Assembly: GCF_000150275.1 (NCBI RefSeq)
Contig: NW_002060949.1
Location: 1,175,836-1,239,835 of the forward strand
Source of the DNA: Trichoplax adhaerens
Lineage: Eukaryota; Animalia; Placozoa
Length of the DNA: 64,000 nt
Reading direction: 5' to 3'
This document shows, one piece after another, positions 51,700 to 64,000 of this stretch (position 1 is the first letter of the stretch; the number at the start of each line of letters is the position of its first letter). The notes under the pieces were generated by a model. The model made no database searches, was not told the DNA's origin, and saw only the letters and a program-made list of their open reading frames with translations. Made by a program: the position numbers and the translations under genes.

Positions 51700-54337
51700 T
51701 TATATTTCAGGGATTGAGTGATCCATTTGCTTCTTGACAAGGCTTGATGCCATGCTTCAATTAATATAAAACAAACATTTATTACTAAGATTATCATATT
51801 TATAGGTGTTAAAATTGAACATCAATAAGTTAATGGCTTAGACTTACTGTTTCATTATATGATCAAAGATGAAAGTTGGTATAATGGTAACGGTTACGGT
51901 GCGACCACATGCTTGGAAAATCTTACCAATATCTTTATCCTAAGTTGAAAAATAAAGAAGATACCTTCTCGTTAATGTCATTAAAAAACTATGAAGCCTT
52001 TCATAGGTTGCACATTAGTGATCTAGACCAAGATCTACAGTATCAATTTGAAAATTTAACACTACCATTAGATGGTAATACGAACCTTCATACCAACAAC
52101 ATTTTGACCGTCAACTTCGACTAGATTATGTTCTGTCAAGATACCATTTCTGAAATTGAAGAAAAAGACTTTCTTAGCTACATTCCATTGGCTTATACCT
52201 TGGATGTAAGCAATTACTTAATAGCTTCAAAACTAGAACTACCTGGCAGCTGATGAATCTTTCACGATGTGAGTCACCTTTCCATTCTTGAAAACAAAAC
52301 CGATATTACCATCGCTATTCTTTTGTAAGGTGATTGTACGTTCAAAAGGCCTAAGCAACAAAAAAAAATAATTAATAACTATAGCCACCGATTAATATCA
52401 TGATATTAACCCTTACCTATCTCTTACTGCAAGTTCAATTCTATCTGAAGTAGCATTTTTGAAAAATTTCATAGCTTTGTCAGTACTGAGACCAGCTAAA
52501 TTTTGACCATTGATCTATATACGTTATACGATAAACAGTCGATATGAAGATACGAGGTTATGATAAATCACGCATACGTGGTAAATACAATATGTTCATT
52601 AGCTGTATCATTGAATATATAATTGATCAAGTTACCTGCAAAATTTGGTCACCAAAACGAAGGCCACCCATGGCAGCTGCAGAATTTGCACTTACAAATT
52701 GCACAAAGATTCCATTATTGACGTTACGAACCCTCAACCCAAGCTTGTTCTTGTTGTCTTTAGCAAGGATTACCATGCGGATACCTTGTTTAACCTCAGC
52801 CCTTCTAATACCGACAGCATCTCCGCTAACTGGAGCAACAACTTGTCGGTTCGTGTTTGCTGGAACGGCCACTTGGTTATTGACGTTGGTTGGTAGCATT
52901 TGCTGCAAGATATCCAATATAGTTTTTTAATACGCGTATTATGATACTTACTTCTAACAGTTGATAATACTCTGCAAAAAACGGTCTAAAATCTACCTGT
53001 TGAACTTCTGGTGGGACATTAGTCAAATCGAGACCCATGTATTCCTGAAGCGATGGATACAAGCTTGGAGTCCGATTGGTTGGGATGCTACCAGGAATTG
53101 GTGCCTGACCAGCAGGAAGAGCCTTTAAAATAGAAGAAAATGAATTTTTTTACTTTTATAACCTCAATTCCATACGAATTTTATACAGTCGTAGACCGGG
53201 AGTGTTAATAATTACATATACATATAGCGTTCCATAGGACTTATATACGTCTTTACACTTTTAAAATTAGCACCTCAAGTAAGCAACAGTAGGGTGTTTA
53301 AAACAGTATCGCAAAGGGTCATACCGTATAGCATACCCCACCCACAAGACATAAACCTTAATATATGACGTCATTAATAACGAGTTACATACTGTGACTG
53401 TACTGTACTGTACTGAATAAGGTTATTATTCAGTCAATTTACTGTACTACTGGTACAAGTGTCCATGCAGTATCTCATGTCTTTCGGAACCTTGCTCAAA
53501 TCTAGTCACTCTAGTGTACCGCACATCTCGTAGCTACGCAATCCAAAATAACCAACACTATGTAATCACAGCAATAAAATGCTATTCCTAGGAAAAGGCA
53601 ACGACTACTAGAAAGAGACTAGTCCTTGGAAAGGGTAATGGGATCAATGCTGATCCAAGTAATACAATAAAGCAAACTGTACAGTAAACAGCGAAGTAGC
53701 CTTCTAATGGAAGTTTTATCCACTAAAAAAATCGTCCCGTCTACACTTATGCCTTTGGTTACAGTTAAAAATTACAAGAAATCACTGATCAATAATTATT
53801 CTAGTAACCACTAAAGGGTTTCAGATGTGGGGTTTTAGTAATTAAGCACGACATGCACAATAACTTTAAAGGATCCAAGTTTTCGAGTCAATGTTGATTT
53901 CATATTCCCACGTCCTTTTAATGAGGCTTAAATAAATTCTAAAACAGTATTCTCTACAACTCACAAAATACAGTGTAAGGAGTCTACGCAACAGTAAAAA
54001 TCACATTACAACTCTATACTTGATGATGAGATATCGTGAGAAGATCAACATCTTCTTCACTACTCCAATTAAGTGATTATTTCTATCAATAAAAAATGGT
54101 CAAAAAGCATACCGGAGGAGCTGGGGCCTGTTGAGCAGCGTTCACAGCAGCTTGAGCCTTTTAGTAAAGATGAGGAAACGAAAATAGATCAATAAAAAAC
54201 GTAAGACTTGCATACGCTTGAAATACTATTCCAGATAATAAACATTTTTCTCTCAAGCATAACAAGTACCATTTTTCATTTACCTGGATCATTTGATCCA
54301 CTTTCATATCTTCCAATGAAGGGTAAAGAGAAGACAT
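51700..54337 (-). CDS. SDCBP: Syntenin (syndecan-binding protein, tandem PDZ)
   Basis: [18 protein letters not shown], second [11 protein letters not shown] motif, PDZ1 [19 protein letters not shown]...[13 protein letters not shown]2 [10 protein letters not shown]...[15 protein letters not shown], and end MDHSIPEI* (stop 51700-51702). Confidence 0.97.
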
Positions 54338-54629
54338 TTTCAATACGAAATTAGTAAAGAAGCGGTAGAAGTTTTGATCAAGACAAAAAAAAGGCCAAAT
54401 TATAAAAGCAGGTTCAGTGACGGAGTCGTTTTATACCTAGCCTTCGGTATCGTACGGTTTGTTTGCTCTTATTACAGCACAACAGACAAGAACACACATA
54501 CACGCATTACTCACCATACAGTACACTATTGTTCCGATCCGCCTCACTATGTTTGGTCAATTTGGAAGTGGATCAGAAACAATGCTATTTTTAGTAACAT
54601 TACGTCGTGTCATGCGCAATGTAAAGGTA

Positions 54630-55062
54630 ATGTACAGTATTGACTGCCAGTTTACAGTGATACTCCGTACAGTACAGTACTTTCAACCGTATGAAAGGTT
54701 CGTACGGTATAGTGTGCTGTACTACACTCAATCAATAATACTGTATGGTATTACATTGTACTGTACAATCGAATAAATATGGCGTGCAGTCCAGTATCAT
54801 ACACAATACTCTAGTGGACTATTAAACAAGATTGCTGTTCACAGTACAATATACTGTACAGTGTACAGTACAGTACTACTAAATTGGAAGAGCTTGGATA
54901 CGATAGTCTAGTGAGCATAGCTGCTTCGCTTTCAACTGCCATTTTGCGCATAGAGGTAAATGCAAAACATAAAATAGTGGCTGTTTCTTTTACCTCTATG
55001 CTTCCCGATAAGTAAAATTAGATCACAATCACCGTGCAGTGCAGTACAGTACTACAGTACGG
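54630..55062. promoter_or_regulatory. GTAC island in the SDCBP / NIPAL divergent promoter
   Basis: Multiple tacagtac/ctgtac runs; YY1-like AATATGGCG (54776-54784) and GCCATTTT (54938-54945). Confidence 0.65.
54949..55000. mobile_element. 52-bp element of the same TIR family
   Basis: CATAGAGGTAAA...TTTACCTCTATG with perfect 12-bp terminal inverted repeats; no TSD visible. Confidence 0.65.
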
Positions 55063-57348
55063 TAAATAAATAAACGCCGATAGAGTTACGGGTGTGAATT
55101 TGGGTCCTCCAATCATATACGATAATAAATTGTCAACTTTCACGTAGAAATTGATGATGACGTAGTCTACTACAGTAGACATTTTTAAGTCTTCGTAGAC
55201 CCCAAATAGAATATTGCCGATACTGTACTTTATTTAGCCAAAAGTTGTATTTCTATGTGTGGCATACTGTGCGGGCACATTTTACAGTAGAAATGCTGAC
55301 CAGCAAGTTACAGTACCCTGTATAGCTGCTAATGCTGTGTACAGTCCAATTATCGAAAGAATCAAGTGAAAAATACGAAATAAAAATATGTGCAGTATTT
55401 TCTAAAGGAGAATTAATAAAAATTGTGCTGCTTACCTTTACAATTTATATGAGCAGGATACGTATGGATTGTATACAGTATTTACAAAATCACAACAATG
55501 GGCGGTTTTCTTCTCTTATTTTATATATCGAGAAGTCCCTGCGGTATATTGGCTCCCCATTGGTTTTATATCGCTTTAGCATGTACGTAGCCGCTACGTT
55601 CTTTGATTAATATATTTCGGCAAGGGATATTCAAATCCCATAAAACTAAACCTCATCATAGATACGGTACCTATGAGTATGCGAGTTGCAATCAACAGAA
55701 ACTCTTAACCTTAACTAATGAATATAGAGATGTTGAGTTCATAAATTACGGCAGTGCAAATTCAGTAATACGACGAGTAGATCACTCTGCTGTATACACG
55801 AGTACGTTCTAGATGTTAATAATTTCTGAGCTTAATACCGCAATTACATCACTAGTAAATTAGAGATTAACTATTCAACTTCGATAGTTGCACTGCTCTA
55901 TCTAGATAAAAAAGACTGCAAAATGTTTACTGCCGTGAATAACCACGAGATATTACAATGCAGATATTTTCATTGCATAATATACAAAATACAACAATTA
56001 ATTAAAATTCTAAATTAATTTTAGATCTACAACGTTGCATAATATCTAGTAGTATCTCCACTTAATTAGAGCACTAGTAAAAGTATGCATTATGAACGTA
56101 TACAGTAATTCCTCATTACTGCAAATATAATCTATATGACTAGATAATTTATAATCATTAGCACCATCATACAACCAACGACTACTACAAGAAAGATGCA
56201 ACATAGGCTAAACTCGTTATATAGGATGATTCTTGAAACGATTCCATTTTTATAGATTTAAAAATAAACTCATTCGTCATCGAAAGCAATGTTTAGAAAT
56301 GATTAGAATGATGTAAGGGTGTGCATATGACACACGTGAGAATATAATTTGTATAAATATAAAGCTGCCAACATACAGCCGAGATAGATATTATTACGGC
56401 TCCAAAATACTACCTACGTTTACGTAAATGTATAATACAAATAAAAACACTACAGGTAGTAGATATAATTCATGAATCAGATATTTTTGATTTTGTTACT
56501 ACGAAATAGATTTCTGTATAACGGTATAATATCTTAGTCCATTTTTATCCATCCATATCTCGGTAAAAATAGCTAGATTATGAAGGACGTATAGTACAAT
56601 ATAGATGTGCAATTATGACGAATAAATCTTGTATTGTGTCCATAAGTGAGGAATAATAGATTTACTTCTGCTATGTATACTGAAATTACTAACGGTTGCT
56701 ATAATATCAGAAAAATGCATGAAATTGATTAGAATAGGTAGATCAGTATGCCATAATTTATTTAATTATATGCAATAACCATATTGAAGCTATCACAACC
56801 CATGCTACGATTCTATAGGTTATATCTATTGTCCATACAAGTGTACGCACTTGCGGAGTTGTGATGCACGTTAACTGTAATAAAATTAAAATTCCTATAC
56901 AGTATTATGAGTTTATGGCCCATTCTTTACATTAATATTAATCTATTACATCAACCGCGTAATTTTATATTTCTTTCATTAATTCATTTGTAGGCAATAT
57001 AATTATCTGAATCTAAGGTATTATGTAGTAAGTAAAAACAAAGAACTATTGGCAACCAAATACGACCGTGCCTATTGTTACTAAACAAACGCAGCCATAC
57101 TGTACAATAATACAATGCAATTCAAATAACGCGTAATATTAGGTTAGTAGTGATTGCATCTTGATGTGAACTAGACTTCAATTACTGCGATATTTATAAC
57201 TTAGCTTCTCATTTTAATGTGTTAAATTAGTTGCAACAGAACAAAGTACTTCATAGCTAGAAGTTTATACTAATAAATACTAATAGATTATATATATTAG
57301 GACAAAAAAATATTTTTATCGCAGTTAAAGAATAGTATTTGGACAATC

Positions 57349-60300
57349 ATGGTAGTCGATCCGCATAAACCTAAAGCAGGGGTAAGTTGAACTTAAATAC
57401 GAATAGAATAATCGATATAGTAAAATCTTTCGTAAATATCTCTATTAAAGTAAACCACATAGTTTTAAATCAGGCTTACGTTGATAAATTTCTTTCTTAT
57501 CGAAAGTAGCCCATGATTCTTTAAAGTATTAGTAACATCGATACAAGCTTCTTTTTCTTTTCTTTTACACATTTGGTGCGTTCAGTAACCATTAATAACT
57601 ATAATCATCGTTACTCCCACTTGATCTTATAACTATAAGTTAGCCAACTAGTAACGTATATCAATGTCGTATGTAATAATTTAATGTACTCAGTACAATT
57701 TGATCACTTGGATTATTGTGTTACTACTTTCCTAAAGCCAAATAGCAATATCAGCTTTTAGGTTTTTTATTCGCCTGCTAGATATCTAGTGTTTATCTAT
57801 CTTACAGCTATTCAGTTAAGCTACAGAAAAATCCCTTCCGATTCGATCTTTCCGTCACGTTCAAAAAGTTAATGCTTTAGCAATGTATAATACCAATACT
57901 CATTTAAAGATCGCACAGCTAATCTCATCAAGAGGGAAAAATTAAAAGGATCCCCAATCCAATTTTGATTCCGTCATCAATTTTCAAGATGGAAGAGAGA
58001 ACGTATACGTTTACGAAAACGTCGACTGTTGATTATTTATTTGCCTTCATTTTTTCAGTATCAAGTCATTGTCCGTATGTGAAAAGACAGGCTATGGTCT
58101 ATTCTTGTGCTTATGCTCCTATTCAATTTGAATTCTCACATGAACCAAAAATATAATGCTACAATTTTTGGTCTAGTATTAAGTAGTGATTAATAACTAA
58201 ATCATTCGAATTTTTTACTAGAAGGTAAAATGTAATAAGATTTACTTTAATAATCGCTGATAAAATAAAATAGGATAGACCATATGTTGTCTTTTACTAT
58301 GATGCTTGGAATATTAGTGAAGTAAACCTAGTTGACCACTTGTTGCTAGCATAGGTTTCTTGCATCATATACAGTAACGTATGTATCTATGAACAATATC
58401 AAAGCAAATCCCCAATGAATTCGATGTTTAATGAGTTAGCTCCCTAATGATTTAACCGATTAATTTTTTCAGCGTTCTCGTAAAATTAACTGAATCGCGT
58501 CTCATTTGAGATTTTCTAGAAGCGTGTTTTTTCTATTTTCATTCATTATTACGAACACGCAAACATGTTACTCTTATGACAATCAAACATAAGATGAGTA
58601 TAGGTATACTTACAACCTGCTCTATAAATCAAATTGCTATAGTATTACCGTTTCACACATACACATTTGCTGCCGATTTCATTCTAGCCATTTTCCTATT
58701 TCTATACTGACGCACCATCTATATACGCGCATAATTTTTCTGGCTTAAGCCTTTGCAGAAATTATTGCAATTCGCTTGAAACAACTACGTCCAATTTATG
58801 AATATTCTGAGGTTTTATAATGAGAATTAAAAACTGATGATAATTGACGAATCAGAAAATCGATCTACCTCTTCTGAAAGATGTCGTATATCTACGGTGT
58901 ATAGTAATATATATTGCGATAACAAAGCAAGCAGTAATTGCCTAGGATAAAGACAGTTTTTACTTGTTTTATACTTACGAATAATTGGGAAAATGTAAAT
59001 AAAGTGATAGTCTGTAATCTATATTCTGTAAACTTACTCTTGCGCTTGATTCTTATTCTACAATAGGGAATTATAGTTGGAATTTCTCTAGCAATAGTAG
59101 CTAGCGTCGTCATAAGTATTGCCTTAAATTTGCAGGTAAGGTTTTAGCATGCCGTAATTGATGATAAAAGTATATCTAAGTACATCTATGTAATGTCTAT
59201 TTTATGAAATATAAATATATCTGTGTATTGACCACAATTTATACCGATACCTTAGAGTTGACAAAAAATCAAATATCGAATTTGTCATAATCATCTTGAA
59301 AGTCTACTTAACTTTTTTACTATAAAATATCACGCTGGTGCTCACAAACGTTGAAGTTAATAAATATCAGATGTATTGAGCTGTATAGGTCCGTAGAAAG
59401 ACATATCACACAATGATCACATAGATAATAGAAATGCACACTACCCTACTCTAAGTATCACCATCATTTAAGTATTTATACACTAGTCTTTGATTTTTAT
59501 TATAACTAGTTGTATTTTAACTTTGCTGATTCTGCCATAAATACTAACCAAGTACTAAACTTATAATATATAGCAATAAATTTATTCTATACCACTATCG
59601 CCCTTTTGATAGAAATATGCTCACAACCGCTTAAAGGATTTCGAAGACCAAAATTACTTAAAGAGTAAGATATGGTGGTAAGTAATTCATCTAAATAAAA
59701 AAATAGTTGCAAATTTAGTAGTCAATCTACTACTTAATGAAATATCTTATCTCTTCATAAAATAGGCTCGGGATGATATTACTAGTTTCTGGTGAATTCG
59801 GAAATTTCATAGCTTACGGTTTTGCACCAGCGACTATTGTAGCACCACTAGGTGCTATGACTATAGTAGGTTAGTAAATACGTCAGACTTCCTAAGTTTG
59901 ATCTTAGCAAATGATAACACTACAATCTTTATTGTCATTACATAGCAAATGTTGTCATTGCTCACGTTTTTCTGAAAGAATTGTTAAGAGTACGAGATTT
60001 ATTCGGTAAGGCTAATACTTTTTTATAGCGTAATTCGTTACGTACGAGTAAATACTATAAGATTTATGGCATATTAAATGAACTTTGATTACAAATTCTA
60101 TGGTAATACTAAGCGAACACTTACAATAATCTTTCACAAATTATTACCGATTAGCATGTTTGATATAGCCAAAATGTAGTCCTATGGTTTTAATCCATGA
60201 CTGAGACATAGATCTAAATCAGAAACTAAACGTCGAAAACTGCATATTCTACAAGTCTTACTGATCTTCCTTTACTATAGCTTTAGATAAATTCCATTCC

Positions 60301-61436
60301 CGAGGCCAAGCTTTACATAAACTCCATTCTTAATACAAATTTTCATTAAATTCTAGTTATAATAAAATAAGCAGCGATATAGTTATTGATTTTGTGATCG
60401 AATCTTGAATAGAATCTAAATACAAATTATTCTATTTTTATAATTTCTGATACTATAATAGTCCGACTTTCCTCAAAATAAACAAGCTCATTTATAATCA
60501 TAAAATACAGTAACGTACCCTCTTTAAGCCTATATCTTGCTACACGAAATAATCATGAATCCAATCTAGAGTATATCATACCCCCATTACACTGTATTTT
60601 AAGCTCCAAACCATCACCATCTTAGTTTCAGCCTTTTTTAGAGTCCTCTTTACTAATTCACTCGTTTTTTATCTATAGCTAATTATTTTTAAGTGTATTT
60701 CTATGCAACGTATATCAAAGCGCATTAACATATGATCCATATCGAGTTGACATTCTTTAACCGTAGTACTGGATATTTTTGTTGTTGCGGGATACAAGAT
60801 AAACGCAAAGTATTTCAATTTTTATAGGTGCTGTTTATCATTTTTTGGCATATATATCATTTCTGGCGATCGGTCTAATGCAGATTCAAAGGAATATAGT
60901 AAAGTTGACAAAGATGGTTCAGACTCAGAAGAGCTACTGCTTGGTGAAAAGAAAAATGGAGATATTAAAAGTGTGTTCAATGAGATTTATCTAAAATTAA
61001 CTATTATTTCTTGTACACTTCAAATAAAAAAACTATATACTGTGTCAAGTATACCATAATCTCATACAACCAATACTATTTCATTCCTAGCATCATTGTT
61101 TGAGTTATAAACTCAAATACATGCTATTTAGTAATGATTGAGCTTCTTTTTTTAATATAGAATATGTCGGAGGAGAAGTTTTAACATACTGTCAACCAGA
61201 AGTAGAAGAAGAAGAAGCAGGTATATTATCATGGAAGAATAGATCTTGCAGTAGATCTCAAATTTTGGGCTAATACGACTAATTTATATGCATCGCTTCA
61301 AATTTATATTATCAAAACAGATAAATTTATTCCCAAGTCTGATGTTCATAAGCCGCATCCAATACAGCCATATACAAAGCCATCATCATCTGCAGCAATT
61401 ACGCGTGGAATCGTCCCTACAAAAGAAAAAAATTAA
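57349..61436 (+). CDS. NIPAL: NIPA-like (NIPAL2/3-type, DMT superfamily) transporter; central exons apparently missing, so possibly a deletion allele, pseudogene or assembly defect
   Basis: Exons 57349-57381, 59067-59135 (GISLAIVASVVISIALNLQ), 59613-59677 (KYAHNRL...KSKIWW), 59766-59869 (GEFGNFIAYGFAPATIVAPLG) and 59946-60005 (FLKELLRVRDLF). Then 60828-60970 (CCLSFFGIYIIS, like the last TM helix), 61161-61220 and 61321-61436. The 60005 donor and 60828 acceptor are out of phase. Confidence 0.8.
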
Positions 61437-63013
61437 GCAATTACTCATTTCAGTCAATGTTCCACTTCACATTACTAGGGATAGACGCTGTATAGTATAA
61501 TTGATGAAAATAATTAATTCAACTTGTTCAGTTTCTGTCAAAATATAATTAGCAGTTGCTGATAAAACTAAATTCTATCTGAAAGATTCGTATGGTAGCG
61601 AATGAATTGTTCAAAAAAAAGTATAAGGATCGTGATATCGTCTATTATGTTAACTGTTATAGCGATCACAAATGCTGCCAAAACAAAATAAGTCTAATAT
61701 TCTGAATATGTAATGCCAATTTTATTTGTTTTCAGAGTATTTTATTTATTTTATTTATTGACTAAATTATATGCTCAGAGCTTTAAATAATAATTCTATT
61801 CGAGAATACGTATTTTATTTTTAGGCTATATGATAAAAGTTCTATACGGTTGAAATTAATATAGGCTAGAATAAGTTTGATGCCCAATAGACAATAATAT
61901 CAAGCGAGCTTCTAAATAGCCATAATACGGGATATGCTTATAAGCGTATTTAGGTAGGATTGTATTCAAAATTTGTTATACCTATACATTTCTTTTAAAC
62001 CACTTTAATAGGGTTAAATTTGCTAAGCTTATTTTATTCGATATTTCTGCAATGTATTGTAATTATTTTTATAAGTCAGATCAATCATATAAATATTACC
62101 TATATTGGTTATCTATCTATTTCAGTACTGGCAATAAACCATTCTCAAATAGCTCTGGCATGTCTCAGTTATTGCGAACATATTTACTACATGCATGTTA
62201 GTAGCAACTTTTAGTTTGTGGCAATTGTAAATCTTAAATGCACGTAACAGCATCCAATGCAAATGCAATGATGCTCGCTATGAACAATTTACACAACCTC
62301 ATTCTACCTTCTTTAAGTGCAAATTTCTACATGAAACATACACATTAGGGTAGTTCGATACAGATTGATTTACTTAATACGATTTACTTTCAGCACTTGT
62401 TTCAAAAATAAAATTTCACTCAACTTTATGCCGTCCGTATGCGTGCGACGGTGCAATTGACTAAAACTCATTTCGGTTAAATACAATACTGTACTGTACG
62501 GTGATAGCGTGGTACTATGCGGTTGACTGACCGGCTGACACGCATAGCACGTGCGCGTGCTGACGTGATACGTTCGCGTCACTTACGTCTTTGTCTTAGT
62601 GGGTTGAAGTTTCAAATAAGTTTCAGCCTCCAAAAAACGCACATACTGTACGTAACACAGTACAGCACATGATACAAGTACTCTGTCTACTTTATATTGC
62701 TGAGAGTACACCCAATAATTCGAAGGTCATATCCGCAATGTGCGTCATACCTGTGTGACCTATATACGTACGTGCGTGCGAATGAATGAAAATTTGCAAA
62801 AATCCTCTTTGAATCTTCTAAGAAAAAATTTTCAAAGGAAACTTCTTGCTAGATTCAAGGTTAGTAATTACTACTAGTTTTTTTTAAGAGAAATTGTCTA
62901 GTGCTGTATGTGCGCTCATTGCAAAACGAAATTATATTAAAACATATCTTGGAAACTTTTTAAATAACCATACCGCAGCCTCAAATTGTATCTGTTTCTG
63001 TAGCTTCCGGAAA

Positions 63014-63061
63014 ATGGCAGTTAATTTAGCCAGCAACGGCAAATGCGTATCGTTTAAGCAG
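63014..63061 (+). CDS. Probable first coding exon (MAVNLASNGKCVSFKQ) of an unidentified gene continuing past the window
   Basis: AAAATGG start context, upstream acceptor TGTAG at about 63003, strong donor CAG|GTAAGT at 63062, a candidate UTR donor near 62860, and a promoter-like CpG/GTAC patch at 62480-62780. Confidence 0.5.
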
Positions 63062-64000
63062 GTAAGTTGCAAAATGTTACTACTGTTTGTAATACTCTTA
63101 TTTTTGGCTATCAACTCACCGCTTTGAATACCAATTCTTTTTAAAACTTATTATGAATTTATTTAGCTTCTGCTTCAATTATCCCAATCTGTCGATGGCC
63201 ACAAACATTTTCTTGCTTTAGCGAAATTGGCCAATAGAAACGGATTAAGTGATAATTTGTGGGAGGATTTGAATCAAGAAAATCGTTTTCACTGGATGTA
63301 TACGTCCTGGAAAAAATCACTATGCTTTGTAAGAATTTAACCAAGACTACAGCCACAGGCTTTAACTAGTGTAAATAATGAACAATTATGTTCTGCCGAA
63401 ACTTATAATGAATACGCGTATAGCTATTTATACAGTATTATGTCGGTATTTATATACTGTGACGGCTCATGAAATTTGTGGCAAGTAAATTTATGTCCCA
63501 TTCTCAGATACATAAATATGCGGCATTACTGTAAATATATCTGTGCTGTAAGGTGGTCTTAGAAGTGCAACTTTTAATATACTAATTTATATTCGGAATC
63601 ACAGTTTATAGAAAAAAACCTGGAAGATAGTGTCCGTCTGTGTATGATATTTATGAAGAAAGTTGTCAATATTCTATGCAGAAATGAAGACGCTATCAAC
63701 AAATTATTTGAATGGGAAATTATAGTTGTTATACCAATCTTTATACGCATTAAAGCTAATGATTCAATTTTTGAAATCCATACGCTAACCTTAATATACG
63801 CATACGTATTTAGTAGAGTAAACAGAGTATCTATGGATAATTTTGATACTTAGCCAATTCTGTTTTAAAATTGATTACCTCCCCGTTGAAAGCAATGATA
63901 AATTATTGCTTTAGTCGTAACATATACATTCTTAGAACGGTAATAGTTGAGAAAAATTCCCTTTCATAAAATTTTGCACATAAAATATAGTAAATGGAAC

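Noticed and set aside
52544-52930. 128-aa plus-strand ORF
   Set aside because: Antisense to the syntenin PDZ1 exon.
63014-63061. Resemblance of MAVNLASNG to the drebrin-like/Abp1 N-terminus
   Set aside because: Only a few residues match and no downstream ADF-H exon is visible in the window.

Overview
AT-rich, intron-dense eukaryotic DNA from a compact animal genome. The gene content, the short introns and the base composition suggest a placozoan (Trichoplax-like), but this is inference. I can support eight protein genes and the first coding exon of a ninth. In order: TPR (-, runs off the left edge), ROCK (+), IFT52 (-), a PTB-domain ARH/LDLRAP1-like clathrin adaptor with an intronless CDS (-), a TMEM177-like protein with intact M48-type HExxH motifs (+), a KHDRBS/Sam68 STAR protein (+), DEK (-), syntenin/SDCBP (-), a NIPAL2/3-like transporter that appears to lack its central exons (+), and an unidentified first exon near 63 kb. 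The strongest non-coding signal is a TACAG/CTGTA (GTAC-core, palindrome TACAGTACTGTA) low-complexity island upstream of every gene start. It is expanded into a ~2 kb higher-order array in the TPR/ROCK divergent promoter. Also present: tiny CATAGAGGTAAA...TTTACCTCTATG elements, one with a perfect 8-bp target duplication that resembles a P-superfamily excision footprint, tandem RFX X-boxes at IFT52, and two GC-AG introns. I found no rRNA, tRNA, CRISPR array or transposase ORF. Human protein comparisons are from memory, not from computed alignments.
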